Below, in pieces: positions 1 to 7,958 of a stretch of 32,000 nucleotides of DNA (positions are counted from its first letter, which is position 1; every line of letters starts with the position of its first letter). The position numbers and the translations under genes are program-made. The stretch is from contig CP126532.1 of NCBI GenBank assembly GCA_030167145.1, positions 3,780,001-3,812,000 on the forward strand, written 5' to 3'. The notes below the pieces were generated by a model that was given only the letters and a program-made list of their open reading frames with translations, was not told the origin of the DNA and did not search any database. This DNA is from Ktedonobacterales bacterium (GTDB lineage: Bacteria > Chloroflexota > Ktedonobacteria > Ktedonobacterales > JADMIN01).

Positions 1-2186
1 GCGTTGCCAAGCTGAATCTCCTGCAGCAAGACGTTGGAGGCCAGGGTTGCGCCATCATCGGTCGCGCCAGAGTTGAGCACCAGCACGCGCAACTGCATGT
101 GCCCTGGCAGCGGGTTCTCCTCGTTGATGCGCTGCTGCGCCAGGAATACGCCTTGCAGCATGTCGTGCGCCTCATCGGCATCGCCGTAAGAGACTGCCGC
201 CACTACGGTTACATAGGGGTCTTTGGCCAGCAATATCCGCACATCCTCGGTATAGATGGCCGCTTCGGCGTCCGTTTGCACGAGCGCCATCGCGCTCTTG
301 AATGACTGATATGCCGTGTGGAGATCACCTGTCGCCAGCGCCTGCGCGCCTTTCTGCTTCAGCGCGTTATTCGCCAGGCCCGTATCGAAGATATATTCGC
401 CGCCACTCAGGCCGATGCCCTTATCCTGGTAGAGCTGGGCGATGCCGTTTGGCGTCGGCGTTGGCCCAATGGCCGCGCCGGCATTGGTATGGGGCAGAGC
501 GGCATAGAGCACGCCGCCGCCCACCAGCACGATCAGCGCGACAATCGCCGTGATGAGCACCAATGGATTTTGAAGTGGCCGCTGGCGCGCCAGGACTAGT
601 CGCCCACGCGCGTCACGCACGGGGGCCAGTCGCGCCGCACGCTCATCATCATCGAAGAGCAGATCTTCGGTCACATGAGTGAGGCGCTTATGCGAGAGGT
701 CTTCGAGGGCCGTGCGCATCTCTTGCGCCGTTTGGAAGCGCTGTGTCGAAGACAGGCGCAGACCGCGCCCAATCAGTTCTTCAAGCTCTAGTGAGACGTT
801 CGGATTCAGGTGGCGGGCTGGGGGGTGCATCGCGTTGGCGCGTGGCGCGGGCGCTGTGCCTGTGACCATGTGATGCAGCACCGCGCAGAGCGCATAGAGG
901 TCCGAGCGCGTATTGGCCTGTCCGCGTGCCTGCTCCGGCGCGGCATAGCCCAGCGCGCCGCCTGCCATGCCATGCTCCACGCGCCCTTCGGGGTAGAGCA
1001 GGAGCATGGGCGAGAATCCCACCAGCACTACCTGGCCGCTCGGCCGCAACAGAATGTTGGCGGGGCAGATATTGCCGTGTAAGAAGGGAGGCCGCTGGTG
1101 CTCAAAGACATCGAGCACGTCCAGCAATTGCAGCGTATAGGCGATGGCTTGCTTTTCATCCAGCGCCCCTCTGACGCGCTGCAAACGGTCGAGCAGGAAC
1201 TCGCCCGATGGCAACTCATAGACGAGGAAGTGGCGGCCCTGCTCGCCAAAAGCGTCTAGCAGGCGCGGAATGCAGTGCGACTCGGCGATGTCTTGCACAT
1301 GCCGCGCGACATTCCGCCGCCACTGCTCCGCATCCACGGGCCGTGTTCCCATGGGGAAGCTCAATTCCTGCACCAACACGCGCTCACTGCCCAGTTCCTG
1401 GTCGGTGGCGATCAGCAAGGGTGGTTCGTTGCCCTGCGAATGAAAGGCGTCGGCAGCATGCAGACGTTGCAGAATGTGATAGCGGCCGCCCTTGAGCGAC
1501 GTGCCTGGCAGCAGCGCGCGCACAACCGCGCCGCCCAGCGCACCCGGCACTGCTGGCAGCCCAGCGCCATCGGCGGGGGCCATGGGCGCCATGCCTCCAT
1601 AGGCGCTGCCCATCGGCTGCATGGGTGGCTGCATGGGCGATATTGGTGGCTGCATTGGCATCATCGGCGACATGGACATATCGGGCATTGACCATTGTCC
1701 ACCGGACGGCCCGCTGAAGCCGTCTAGCGCGGGGCCATAGCTCGCTGGGGCGTCCGGCTGGCTCGACAGATCGGGGCGCGCGCCGCGCCGCCCGCCCGGC
1801 CAGCGCGGCTGAATGCCGTTGGGCAGCGCTTCGGGTCCGGAATATGATGGCGCGGATGGCGGCGCGGATGGCGAGGGGGTGGGCGCTTGTGGTGGGAGTT
1901 GCGCGGATGGCGGGCCGCCAAAGCGGGGCAGCGGACCTGGCGCACCGCCTTGCAAAGCGTTCGTGAGCCAGGGGGGTCGTTCGCCCATGTCGTTGCCAGC
2001 GCTGTTGCCGTCTGCTCCGCCGATGGGAGCATCTTCACGCCACATGCCTTCAAGTGGCGGCATGCGCTGTCCCAGGTCAGGCGATGAACTGAGATCTGGG
2101 CGCACATCAACTTGCAATACCAATCCGCACTGCGCACAGCGCGACGCATAGCGGTCATTTTGGCGCCCACAGCGTGGACACAGCAT
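1..2186 (-). CDS. Membrane receptor with an N-terminal zinc ribbon, a Pro/Met/Gln-rich linker, a degenerate Ser/Thr-kinase-like (pseudokinase) domain, one TM helix and an extracytoplasmic type-1 periplasmic-binding-protein (LivK-like) domain. The 3' end runs off the window.
   Basis: It is not in the ORF track because it has no stop inside the window. Manual minus-strand translation starts at ATG 2186, with an in-frame upstream stop at 2226-2228. The order is: MLCPRCGRQNDRYASRCAQCG (CxxC..CxxC); a long low-complexity segment (..MSMSPMMPMQPPISPMQPPMQPMG..); a kinase-like core (RYHILQRL..HFLVYELPSGEFLLDRL..FLHGNICPANILL..VLVGFSP..LGYAAPEQ..SDLYALCAVLHHMVTG); a TM helix (LVLITAIVALIVLVGGGVLYAAL); and a PBP-like region (YVTVVAAVSYGDADEAHDMLQGVFLAQQRINEEN..LRVLVLNSG). 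Confidence 0.75.
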   Translation of the reverse strand, partial: MLCPRCGRQNDRYASRCAQCGLVLQVDVRPDLSSSPDLGQRMPPLEGMWREDAPIGGADGNSAGNDMGERPPWLTNALQGGAPGPLPRFGGPPSAQLPPQAPTPSPSAPPSAPSYSGPEALPNGIQPRWPGGRRGARPDLSSQPDAPASYGPALDGFSGPSGGQWSMPDMSMSPMMPMQPPISPMQPPMQPMGSAYGGMAPMAPADGAGLPAVPGALGGAVVRALLPGTSLKGGRYHILQRLHAADAFHSQGNEPPLLIATDQELGSERVLVQELSFPMGTRPVDAEQWRRNVARHVQDIAESHCIPRLLDAFGEQGRHFLVYELPSGEFLLDRLQRVRGALDEKQAIAYTLQLLDVLDVFEHQRPPFLHGNICPANILLRPSGQVVLVGFSPMLLLYPEGRVEHGMAGGALGYAAPEQARGQANTRSDLYALCAVLHHMVTGTAPAPRANAMHPPARHLNPNVSLELEELIGRGLRLSSTQRFQTAQEMRTALEDLSHKRLTHVTEDLLFDDDERAARLAPVRDARGRLVLARQRPLQNPLVLITAIVALIVLVGGGVLYAALPHTNAGAAIGPTPTPNGIAQLYQDKGIGLSGGEYIFDTGLANNALKQKGAQALATGDLHTAYQSFKSAMALVQTDAEAAIYTEDVRILLAKDPYVTVVAAVSYGDADEAHDMLQGVFLAQQRINEENPLPGHMQLRVLVLNSGATDDGATLASNVLLQEIQLGN

Positions 2187-2513
2187 GCGCACCCCCAGTA
2201 CCCAAGCGCCTAAGCCCCGAACTGCTCAGGCGAACCCTGCCCAATGATGATCACCGTGATGCCCGCGCATCATGCGGCCCGATGCTGAGAATTGCTCTAT
2301 CGTTCGTACATTTTACCTTATCGCAAGCATATGCACAGCCAGTATAGCAAATGCTGTATCACGGCGCTATCAATTGGCCCACGGGTACGGGGCTATGCGT
2401 TGTGTCTCACGTATCTCCTATCGGGCAGCCAGCCGTCAGCCTCGAACATCCCAGCGCCGTGGCGCGTAGTATAAAGAACGGGAGCATGCGAAGCGGAAGG
2501 GAGAACGAACGCG

Positions 2514-2792
2514 ATGAAGTACACGATTGAGCTACCTGACGATGTTGCGGCGCGCTTGCGCCAGCTCGCCGAGGAGCGCCACCAAACGCCGGAAGACATG
2601 ATCGCGGGATTGGTGGATCACGAAGTTGCGACTACGACTACCGCGCCTCAGGCCACCAGGGATAATCCTCTTGGCGTGAATCCACTCGCAAAATACGTTG
2701 GGCAGTTTACCGCCGATGTGCCAGACATCACGCAGCGACACGACTACTACATTGCCGAGGAAGCGATGGGAGCGCGTGATGACGGCCAATGA
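2514..2792 (+). CDS. Small ribbon-helix-helix (CopG/antitoxin-like) protein
   Basis: The 92-aa ORF has a GGGAGA RBS upstream of the ATG. The N-terminus MKYTIELPDDVAARLRQLAEERHQTPEDMIAGLV has a typical RHH strand-helix-helix pattern. The C-terminal tail (..DITQRHDYYIAEEAMG) resembles tails of small antitoxin-like proteins. The family call is from pattern only. Confidence 0.55.
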   Translation: MKYTIELPDDVAARLRQLAEERHQTPEDMIAGLVDHEVATTTTAPQATRDNPLGVNPLAKYVGQFTADVPDITQRHDYYIAEEAMGARDDGQ

Positions 2793-2875
2793 AAGCGACT
2801 GGACGCTCTAATTCCCTCCTGCCCTGGTCTGCTCCTAGTTGCACATCTTCCCAGCGCTATCCCCAGGAGATACGT

Positions 2876-3658
2876 ATGCCTGATAGCCCGCAAGCCGAGC
2901 CTGATGCGCTCGCGCTTTCCGCGCTTGGTCCAGCGGACGCACCTAACGCACAGCCACCTGAGTCTATTTCGTTGCTCGTGGTTCCGCGCAGCACGGTCGC
3001 CGATACGTGGGGCTGGCTCTGGAAAGATACGTTGATGCGCGTGCTGCCGTTCGCCGCCGCCGCTGGTGTCTATGCGCGGCTCTCCGGCGAGGGGATGCGC
3101 GCTCTGGGACTCACGCGCGCTGGCTGGCGGCGCGATGTGCTCATCGGAAACGCGGTGGGCATCCCTGCGACCGCCGCTGCCATTGCGTTCCGCCGGTGGG
3201 TCGCGCCGGGCTATCGTTTGCCCACGCCCGCCGATCAGACGCTTCAGACGGTGTTCTACCTCGGCCTCAACGCTCCCGCCGAAGAGTTCTTCTGGCGCGG
3301 TGGTGTGCAGACGCTGGCCATCGCTGGGCTGCTCCGCGTGCCGGTGCTGCGCCGCGCCGCCACGCTCCTCGGCTGGGCGGGCGCTACCGCCGCCTTCGGC
3401 GCATATCACCGCCTCGGCAACTGGAGCTGGCGATCTATCGCGGGCGTCACTGCCGCTGGTGGCCTCTTTGGCGCGGCGTATCTGCTTACTGGCCGCCGCA
3501 GGTCACTGCTGCCCGCGATCATCATCCATGGCTACATGACCGCTGGCTTTCTGAGTTGGGGGGACGCCGCGCTGCACCTGCTCGTCCGGTGGAGGGGTGT
3601 CACCGCCAGGTGGGCTGGCCGTAGCTCCCAATTTGCATCCCGCGCAGCTTCCAGTTGA
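2876..3658 (+). CDS. CPBP family (CAAX protease / Abi-type) intramembrane glutamic endopeptidase
   Basis: The three CPBP signature motifs occur in order within hydrophobic helices: NAPAEEFFWRG (EExxxR), FGAYH (FxxxH) and IIIHGYMTAG (HxxxN/D-like). The open frame begins at 2789, but ATG 2876 has a strong AGGAGA RBS at 2865-2870. The 3' end overlaps the convergent 3600-4664 gene by 59 nt. Confidence 0.8.
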   Translation: MPDSPQAEPDALALSALGPADAPNAQPPESISLLVVPRSTVADTWGWLWKDTLMRVLPFAAAAGVYARLSGEGMRALGLTRAGWRRDVLIGNAVGIPATAAAIAFRRWVAPGYRLPTPADQTLQTVFYLGLNAPAEEFFWRGGVQTLAIAGLLRVPVLRRAATLLGWAGATAAFGAYHRLGNWSWRSIAGVTAAGGLFGAAYLLTGRRRSLLPAIIIHGYMTAGFLSWGDAALHLLVRWRGVTARWAGRSSQFASRAASS

Positions 3659-4664
3659 GCAGCCGCGATCCCTGCACGGTCAGCGCCAGCACGTTGCCCA
3701 GACCTTCGACGCCGGTCATGAGGTCGAAGACGAAGTTGCCCAGACTGTAGACGATCAGCTTGCCGCGATACATCTCATAGGGCTGGATGACGTGCGGATG
3801 CGCGCCGACGACGAGGTCCGCGCCGGCGTCTATTGCCAGCCGCGCCATCGCCTGCTGGTGCGCCGTCTCGGCAAGTTGATATTCGATGCCCCAATGCGTG
3901 AAGGCGATGATGAAATCGGCTTGCGGGCGCAGCGCGGCGATATCCGCGCGAATCAGCGCGGGATCGAGCCAGGCGTGGCCAGGCGTGCTGGCGGTCGCGG
4001 CGAAGTTCTCCGGGCCGATCTCGCAGTAGGCCAGGAAGCCGATGCGCGTGCCATGCACGGTCTTGACGACGGGCTGATGCGCGGCGGTCAGGTTGGCGCC
4101 GCCACCCAGCGGCGTGATGCCGTAGCTGGGCAGATGAGTCAGCATATCGGTGAAGGCCGTCTTGCCGTAGTCGCCGCTGTGGTTGTTCGCCACCGACATG
4201 ACATCGAAGCCAGCCGTTTGCAGACGTGCGAAGGCGCGCGGGTTCGCCTCGAAGGTGAACTGCTTCGGCTGCGGCGCGCCGAGGGTCGAGACGACGCACT
4301 CCAGGTTGCCAACGGTGATGTCGAAGCCGCTCAGGTAATCGCCGGTGTAGTTGAAGGGAAAGCGGTCGCTCGATGCGAGCAGCGCGCTATTGACCGAGCG
4401 GGCCAGCATCACATCGCCGGTGATGACGATGGTGACGGGCCGGGCGTCGGGGGTTGCGGTGGGCCGTGTTGTGGCGGTGGCGGCGCTGGTGGGCGACGGG
4501 GTGGTGATGGAACGCCGCGCGGATGGCTGCCCGCAGGCCGCGAGCCATTCGGCCAGGGGGATGCTCGCCGCCGCGCCGAGGCTCGCCAGCCCCGCGCGCC
4601 GCAGCAGCGTCCGGCGGGTGGTGCGCGCCAGGGGCGCACTGGGTGCGTTAGGCTCGTCGTTCAT
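3600..4664 (-). CDS. CapA/PGA_cap-family metallophosphoesterase-like protein with a Tat-type signal and lipobox
   Basis: Motifs seen are ITGDVMLARSVN, GNLECVVS, FDVMSVANNHSGDYG and HWGIEY..VVGAHPHVIQP. The N-terminus TRRTLLRRAGLASLGAAA..LAACG carries a twin-arginine motif plus an L-A-A-C lipobox. ATG 4664 has a GGAG RBS. The track start 4706 adds 14 aa with no RBS. Confidence 0.8.
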   Translation of the reverse strand: MNDEPNAPSAPLARTTRRTLLRRAGLASLGAAASIPLAEWLAACGQPSARRSITTPSPTSAATATTRPTATPDARPVTIVITGDVMLARSVNSALLASSDRFPFNYTGDYLSGFDITVGNLECVVSTLGAPQPKQFTFEANPRAFARLQTAGFDVMSVANNHSGDYGKTAFTDMLTHLPSYGITPLGGGANLTAAHQPVVKTVHGTRIGFLAYCEIGPENFAATASTPGHAWLDPALIRADIAALRPQADFIIAFTHWGIEYQLAETAHQQAMARLAIDAGADLVVGAHPHVIQPYEMYRGKLIVYSLGNFVFDLMTGVEGLGNVLALTVQGSRLLNWKLRGMQIGSYGQPTWR

Positions 4665-4884
4665 ACGGTTGCTCCACGATGCGGCTGTGCTACGTCTCAC
4701 TGCCATTCATTGATGCACACGTGCGGCCGGTCCGCCGTGTCGCTGGTACTCCTGAGCGGAAGCCGCTGGTCGTGTCGCGGGGGAACGCGGTATCACGGGC
4801 GCGGGTGAGCAAGGCCCGCGATGCGGCATTTTTCGCCCAGTCAACGCAGGGCATTGACAGAATATCGTCTAGCCTGTTACACTG

Positions 4885-4900
4885 TAGAACGTGAGTTCTA
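4885..4900. promoter_or_regulatory. LexA operator (Cheo-box type, TAGAAC-GTGA-GTTCTA)
   Basis: This is a perfect palindrome containing GAAC-N4-GTTC, 31 nt upstream of the lexA ATG. It lies in the divergent capA-like/lexA intergenic region. Confidence 0.7.
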
Positions 4901-4930
4901 TGCTTGCTCTTACATGCCAGGAGGCGTCCC

Positions 4931-5545
4931 ATGGAAGCTGAGTTGAGTGATCCGCAAGCCCGGATCTACGCATTCATCAATGAGTATGTGCGGGAGCATG
5001 GCCGGCCACCCACGAACCGCGAAATCGGCGGCGCGGTGGATATCCAGTCTACGGGCCATGTAGACTATCATCTGACCATCCTCGAAAAGAAGGGCTACAT
5101 CCGGCGCGAGCGCAAGAAGAGCCGTGGCATCATCCTGATGCACAGCGAGCCGCGCGGCCTGCGTATCGAAGGCACCATCGCCGCTGGCGTGCCGCTGGAT
5201 ATTTATCCCGATGCGCGCGATACCCTGGACCTGGGCGAGCATACGCGCGAATATGTGCTACAGGTGCGCGGGCAGTCTATGATTGACGACCATATCGCCG
5301 ATGGGGATTATGTGCTGGTAGACCGCGACGCCGCGATCAACGACGGCGATATTGTGGTTGCCACGCATACGGTCGCCACTGCCGACGCGGGCGCCGCGAC
5401 GCTGAAGCGCATCTATAAAGAGCAGGACCGCATCCGCCTGCAACCCGCGAACTCGACGATGGACCCGATCTATGTCAGCAAGGCTGAATGGGACCACGAG
5501 TGGGAGGTTCAGGGCAAGGTGACGGCGGTCTACCGCCGCTTCTAA
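4931..5545 (+). CDS. lexA: LexA repressor (SOS regulator, S24 peptidase)
   Basis: It has a winged-HTH N-terminus (GRPPTNREIGGAVDIQSTGHVDYHLTILEKKGYIRRE) and an Ala-Gly cleavage site (IAAGVPL). The catalytic Ser is in VRGQSM and the Lys is in TLKRIY. An AGGAGG RBS at 4919-4924 supports ATG 4931 over the track start 4904. Confidence 0.92.
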   Translation: MEAELSDPQARIYAFINEYVREHGRPPTNREIGGAVDIQSTGHVDYHLTILEKKGYIRRERKKSRGIILMHSEPRGLRIEGTIAAGVPLDIYPDARDTLDLGEHTREYVLQVRGQSMIDDHIADGDYVLVDRDAAINDGDIVVATHTVATADAGAATLKRIYKEQDRIRLQPANSTMDPIYVSKAEWDHEWEVQGKVTAVYRRF

Positions 5546-5746
5546 ACGCATCTCGACGCATCTCGCGACCTTAACGGAAAGTCCCCGTTGGCTTGTCAGA
5601 CTGCCCGCCGCGTGGTAGGACAGTGGAAGCTGCGTGAAGCGCATCTATGTGCTGTGCGCCGCCATCACCAGTGGCGCGGCGCGCAACATGCGAGACGCAC
5701 TCACGCGGACCATCACGCCGACAAGCTACACCAAGGGAGAACGCCG

Positions 5747-6421
5747 TTGAGCGGTATAGAGCAGTCACTCTTTGAGTTGATACAGCATTGGTATCTCACC
5801 GCTGGATACATGGGCATCGTGCTGGCGATGGCCCTCGAAAGTTGTTGTATTCCGCTGCCCAGCGAGATCGTCATGCCGCTCGCTGGCTACATGGTCTACA
5901 AGTATCCCGAACAATTCTCGCTGCCGGGCGTCGCCATCGCGGGTGCGCTTGGCTGTGTTATCGGCTCTGCCGTCGCCTATGGTATCGGCGCGTCCGGTGG
6001 GCGTCCGTTGCTCCTCAAATATGGCCGCTATATCCTGATTTCCAAGGCGGATTCTGATCGTGCCGACCGCTGGTTCAATCGCCACGGCGCACCTGTGGCC
6101 TTTTTCTCGCGCCTGCTGCCCGTGGTCCGCACGTACATCTCGTTGCCTGCTGGTATCTCGCGCATGCCCTTCGGTACATTCATCCTCTTCACCTTGCTCG
6201 GCTCGCTGCCGTGGACTCTCGCTCTGGCGTTCGTGGGCTATAAGCTCGGCGATAAGATTGACCAGGCTTCCCAGCTTGGCACCATCTTTCATGGGCTGGA
6301 TGTGGTGATTGTGCTGCTGATTCTCGCGGGCATCGCCTACTATATCTATCGCCACATCAAGCACGACCGCCTTGCTCGCGAAGCTGAGGCGCTCGGCAAC
6401 CGTAGCGGCAGCATGCATTAG
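5747..6421 (+). CDS. DedA/SNARE-associated family inner-membrane protein
   Basis: Motifs seen are YMGIVLAMALESCCIPLPSEIVMPLAGY.., ..GRPLLLKYGRYI.., ..RWFNRHGAPVAFFSRLLPVVRTYISLPAGISRM. TTG 5747 is in frame with the track ORF 5588 and is preceded by GGGAGA at 5735-5740. The first 53 track residues are Arg/His-rich and non-membrane-like. Confidence 0.8.
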   Translation: MSGIEQSLFELIQHWYLTAGYMGIVLAMALESCCIPLPSEIVMPLAGYMVYKYPEQFSLPGVAIAGALGCVIGSAVAYGIGASGGRPLLLKYGRYILISKADSDRADRWFNRHGAPVAFFSRLLPVVRTYISLPAGISRMPFGTFILFTLLGSLPWTLALAFVGYKLGDKIDQASQLGTIFHGLDVVIVLLILAGIAYYIYRHIKHDRLAREAEALGNRSGSMH

Positions 6422-6438
6422 GCGAACCTAACCCCCGG

Positions 6439-6461
6439 CCCCTTCCCTCGTAGGGAAGGGG
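6439..6461. repeat. GC-rich hairpin CCCCTTCCC-tcgta-GGGAAGGGG
   Basis: This is a perfect 9-bp inverted repeat between the convergent dedA-like and 6611-7732 genes. Its sequence is related to the hairpin at 10155-10184. Confidence 0.5.
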
Positions 6462-6547
6462 ACCACAGAGATGTAACCCCGGCCATGACGGGCGTCCACC
6501 GGACGCCCCTACGAGGAATAGCAACCCTTGGAAGGGGTGAGCGAACG

Positions 6548-6586
6548 GTAGGGCGGAGAGGAATATCCGCCCTACTGCTATTTCTT
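6548..6586 (+). terminator. Rho-independent-type terminator downstream of the dedA-like gene
   Basis: The stem GTAGGGCGG (6548-6556) pairs with CCGCCCTAC (6567-6575). It is followed by the T-rich tail TGCTATTTCTT. Confidence 0.55.
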
Positions 6587-6610
6587 ACAGATGCCAGCGG
6601 CGCGTACCGT

Positions 6611-7732
6611 CTAGCGTACCGTGTGCGGGGTGGTTTGCGCGCGGAGCCTGCGGCGCTCGCGCAACATCAGCCACACCAGCACGCCGCCTATGAGCAGCAC
6701 TGGCGCAATCGCCAGCATTACCTGCGGTGTGCCCAGCGGCAGGCGCGGCAGCCAGCCGGGCAGCGTCCCCGCGCTCGACACGATAGCCATCGGCGATGTG
6801 CCGAAGCGCGCCAGTTTGATCACGCCGTCGGTGGTGACGCTCAGATCGTAGGTGACGGCATCATCTGGCGCGTCGAGTGAGAGGTATGTCAGCCAGCCAT
6901 CGGAGCGCACCCAACTCATATTTCTGTCGGTCGAAAGGTCATGGTAGAGCGTGGGGTTCATACGCTCCTGGAACGCGACTTTGAAGCCTGTCGCGCCAGG
7001 GACATCGGAGCCGACGGCAGATTGACCCGCCATCGCGGCCACTTCGCTGGTGTTTAGCGGCTGATCGGTCAGGAAGTAGAGGTCGGCGTGAACCTGCTGG
7101 CCGTCCAGCGCCAAGACTTCCAGCGGTACCCACGGATGCGCGGTCCGCATGGTAATCAGCACCGGCGCGCCGTCGCCCGATAGCTGTCCGCGCGCCTGCG
7201 CCGCCGCCGTATCGTACTTGGCCGCCATGAAGATTGGGCTGCCCTGCGCGTAGATCAGCAGATGCGCGCGGGTATCGCCATCCACCGCGAAACCGTTCTG
7301 CGCGCACCAATCGAGCACGGCCTGCCCGCTGCCGCGCAGCACGGTGATGTTGAGCGCCTCGACCTTCACCTGCTGCAATACCTGCGCGGCGCCCGCTGCT
7401 GACGGTACCGCTTCGAAGGCCACATTTCTAGGCAGCGGATGGGTTTCGTTGGCGAGCCGTTGCAGCGTCCATGCGCCGCCCTCTTCGATCTTCAGCGGCA
7501 CGGCGGGCAGCGGCACGATCCAGCCCAGGTTCTTCACGTCGCCCTGATAGGTGAAGCTGGTCATGTAGTGTTCGATGCCATCGTGCCAGGCGATCAGCGT
7601 GGCGGCTCGCGAGAGGCGCACCGACCCATTCGGGGCCACCAGCCCACCGCAGGCCAGCGCGGGCACAGACTGCAATACGAAGAGACACGCGACAACGGCG
7701 ATAGGCAACAACCGCAGACGAGAGATACGCAT
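6611..7732 (-). CDS. Secreted, C-terminally membrane-anchored protein, DUF2330-like
   Basis: A signal peptide (MRISRLRLLPIAVVACLFVLQSVPALA) is followed by CGGLVAPNGSV..IAWHDGIEHYMTSF..GWIVPLPAVP. A C-terminal TM helix (VMLAIAPVLLIGGVLVWLML) precedes an RERRR stop-transfer. ATG 7732 has a GGAA/AAAGG RBS, and the track start 7825 adds 31 polar residues. The family name is from memory. Confidence 0.6.
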   Translation of the reverse strand: MRISRLRLLPIAVVACLFVLQSVPALACGGLVAPNGSVRLSRAATLIAWHDGIEHYMTSFTYQGDVKNLGWIVPLPAVPLKIEEGGAWTLQRLANETHPLPRNVAFEAVPSAAGAAQVLQQVKVEALNITVLRGSGQAVLDWCAQNGFAVDGDTRAHLLIYAQGSPIFMAAKYDTAAAQARGQLSGDGAPVLITMRTAHPWVPLEVLALDGQQVHADLYFLTDQPLNTSEVAAMAGQSAVGSDVPGATGFKVAFQERMNPTLYHDLSTDRNMSWVRSDGWLTYLSLDAPDDAVTYDLSVTTDGVIKLARFGTSPMAIVSSAGTLPGWLPRLPLGTPQVMLAIAPVLLIGGVLVWLMLRERRRLRAQTTPHTVR

Positions 7733-7882
7733 CGTGATGGTTCCTTTCCCCTTCGGCTCGTTTGGAAGGTTCGCATCAACGACGCGCCTGCCATCGCGAA
7801 AGTTCCCCTTGTCTCTTTCGCGCATCGCATGCTAAACTGCAAGTACACAGCCGCACCCACAGCCATCCTGTATCGCTGCTAT

Positions 7883-7923
7883 CACTGGTGGGGCAGACAT
7901 TCTTGTCTGCATCGCTGGTGGGG
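7883..7923. repeat. Hairpin repeat copy A: CACTGGTGGGG-[GCAGACA ttct TGTCTGC]-at-CGCTGGTGGGG
   Basis: A perfect 7-bp stem (7893-7899 with 7904-7910) is flanked by direct repeats CACTGGTGGGG (7883-7893) and CGCTGGTGGGG (7913-7923). It lies in the 5' region of the TIR gene. Confidence 0.7.
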
Positions 7924-7958
7924 TGTTTGCTGCGAGATTCCCGTTCTTCGGAGACGAC

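Noticed and set aside
2789-2875. An ATGA stop/start overlap that suggests translational coupling of the RHH gene and the CPBP gene.
   Set aside because: ATG 2876 has a strong AGGAGA RBS. The 29 extra residues from 2789 are non-hydrophobic and unconserved-looking. The overlap is probably coincidental, although co-transcription remains plausible.
5546-5746. A tandem ACGCATCTCG x2 after lexA, plus TGTCAGACTGCCCGCC / CACCAGTGGCGCGG strings resembling fragments of the hairpin repeat family.
   Set aside because: No palindromic core is present and the similarity covers only short GC-rich strings. This is too weak to call a degenerate repeat copy.
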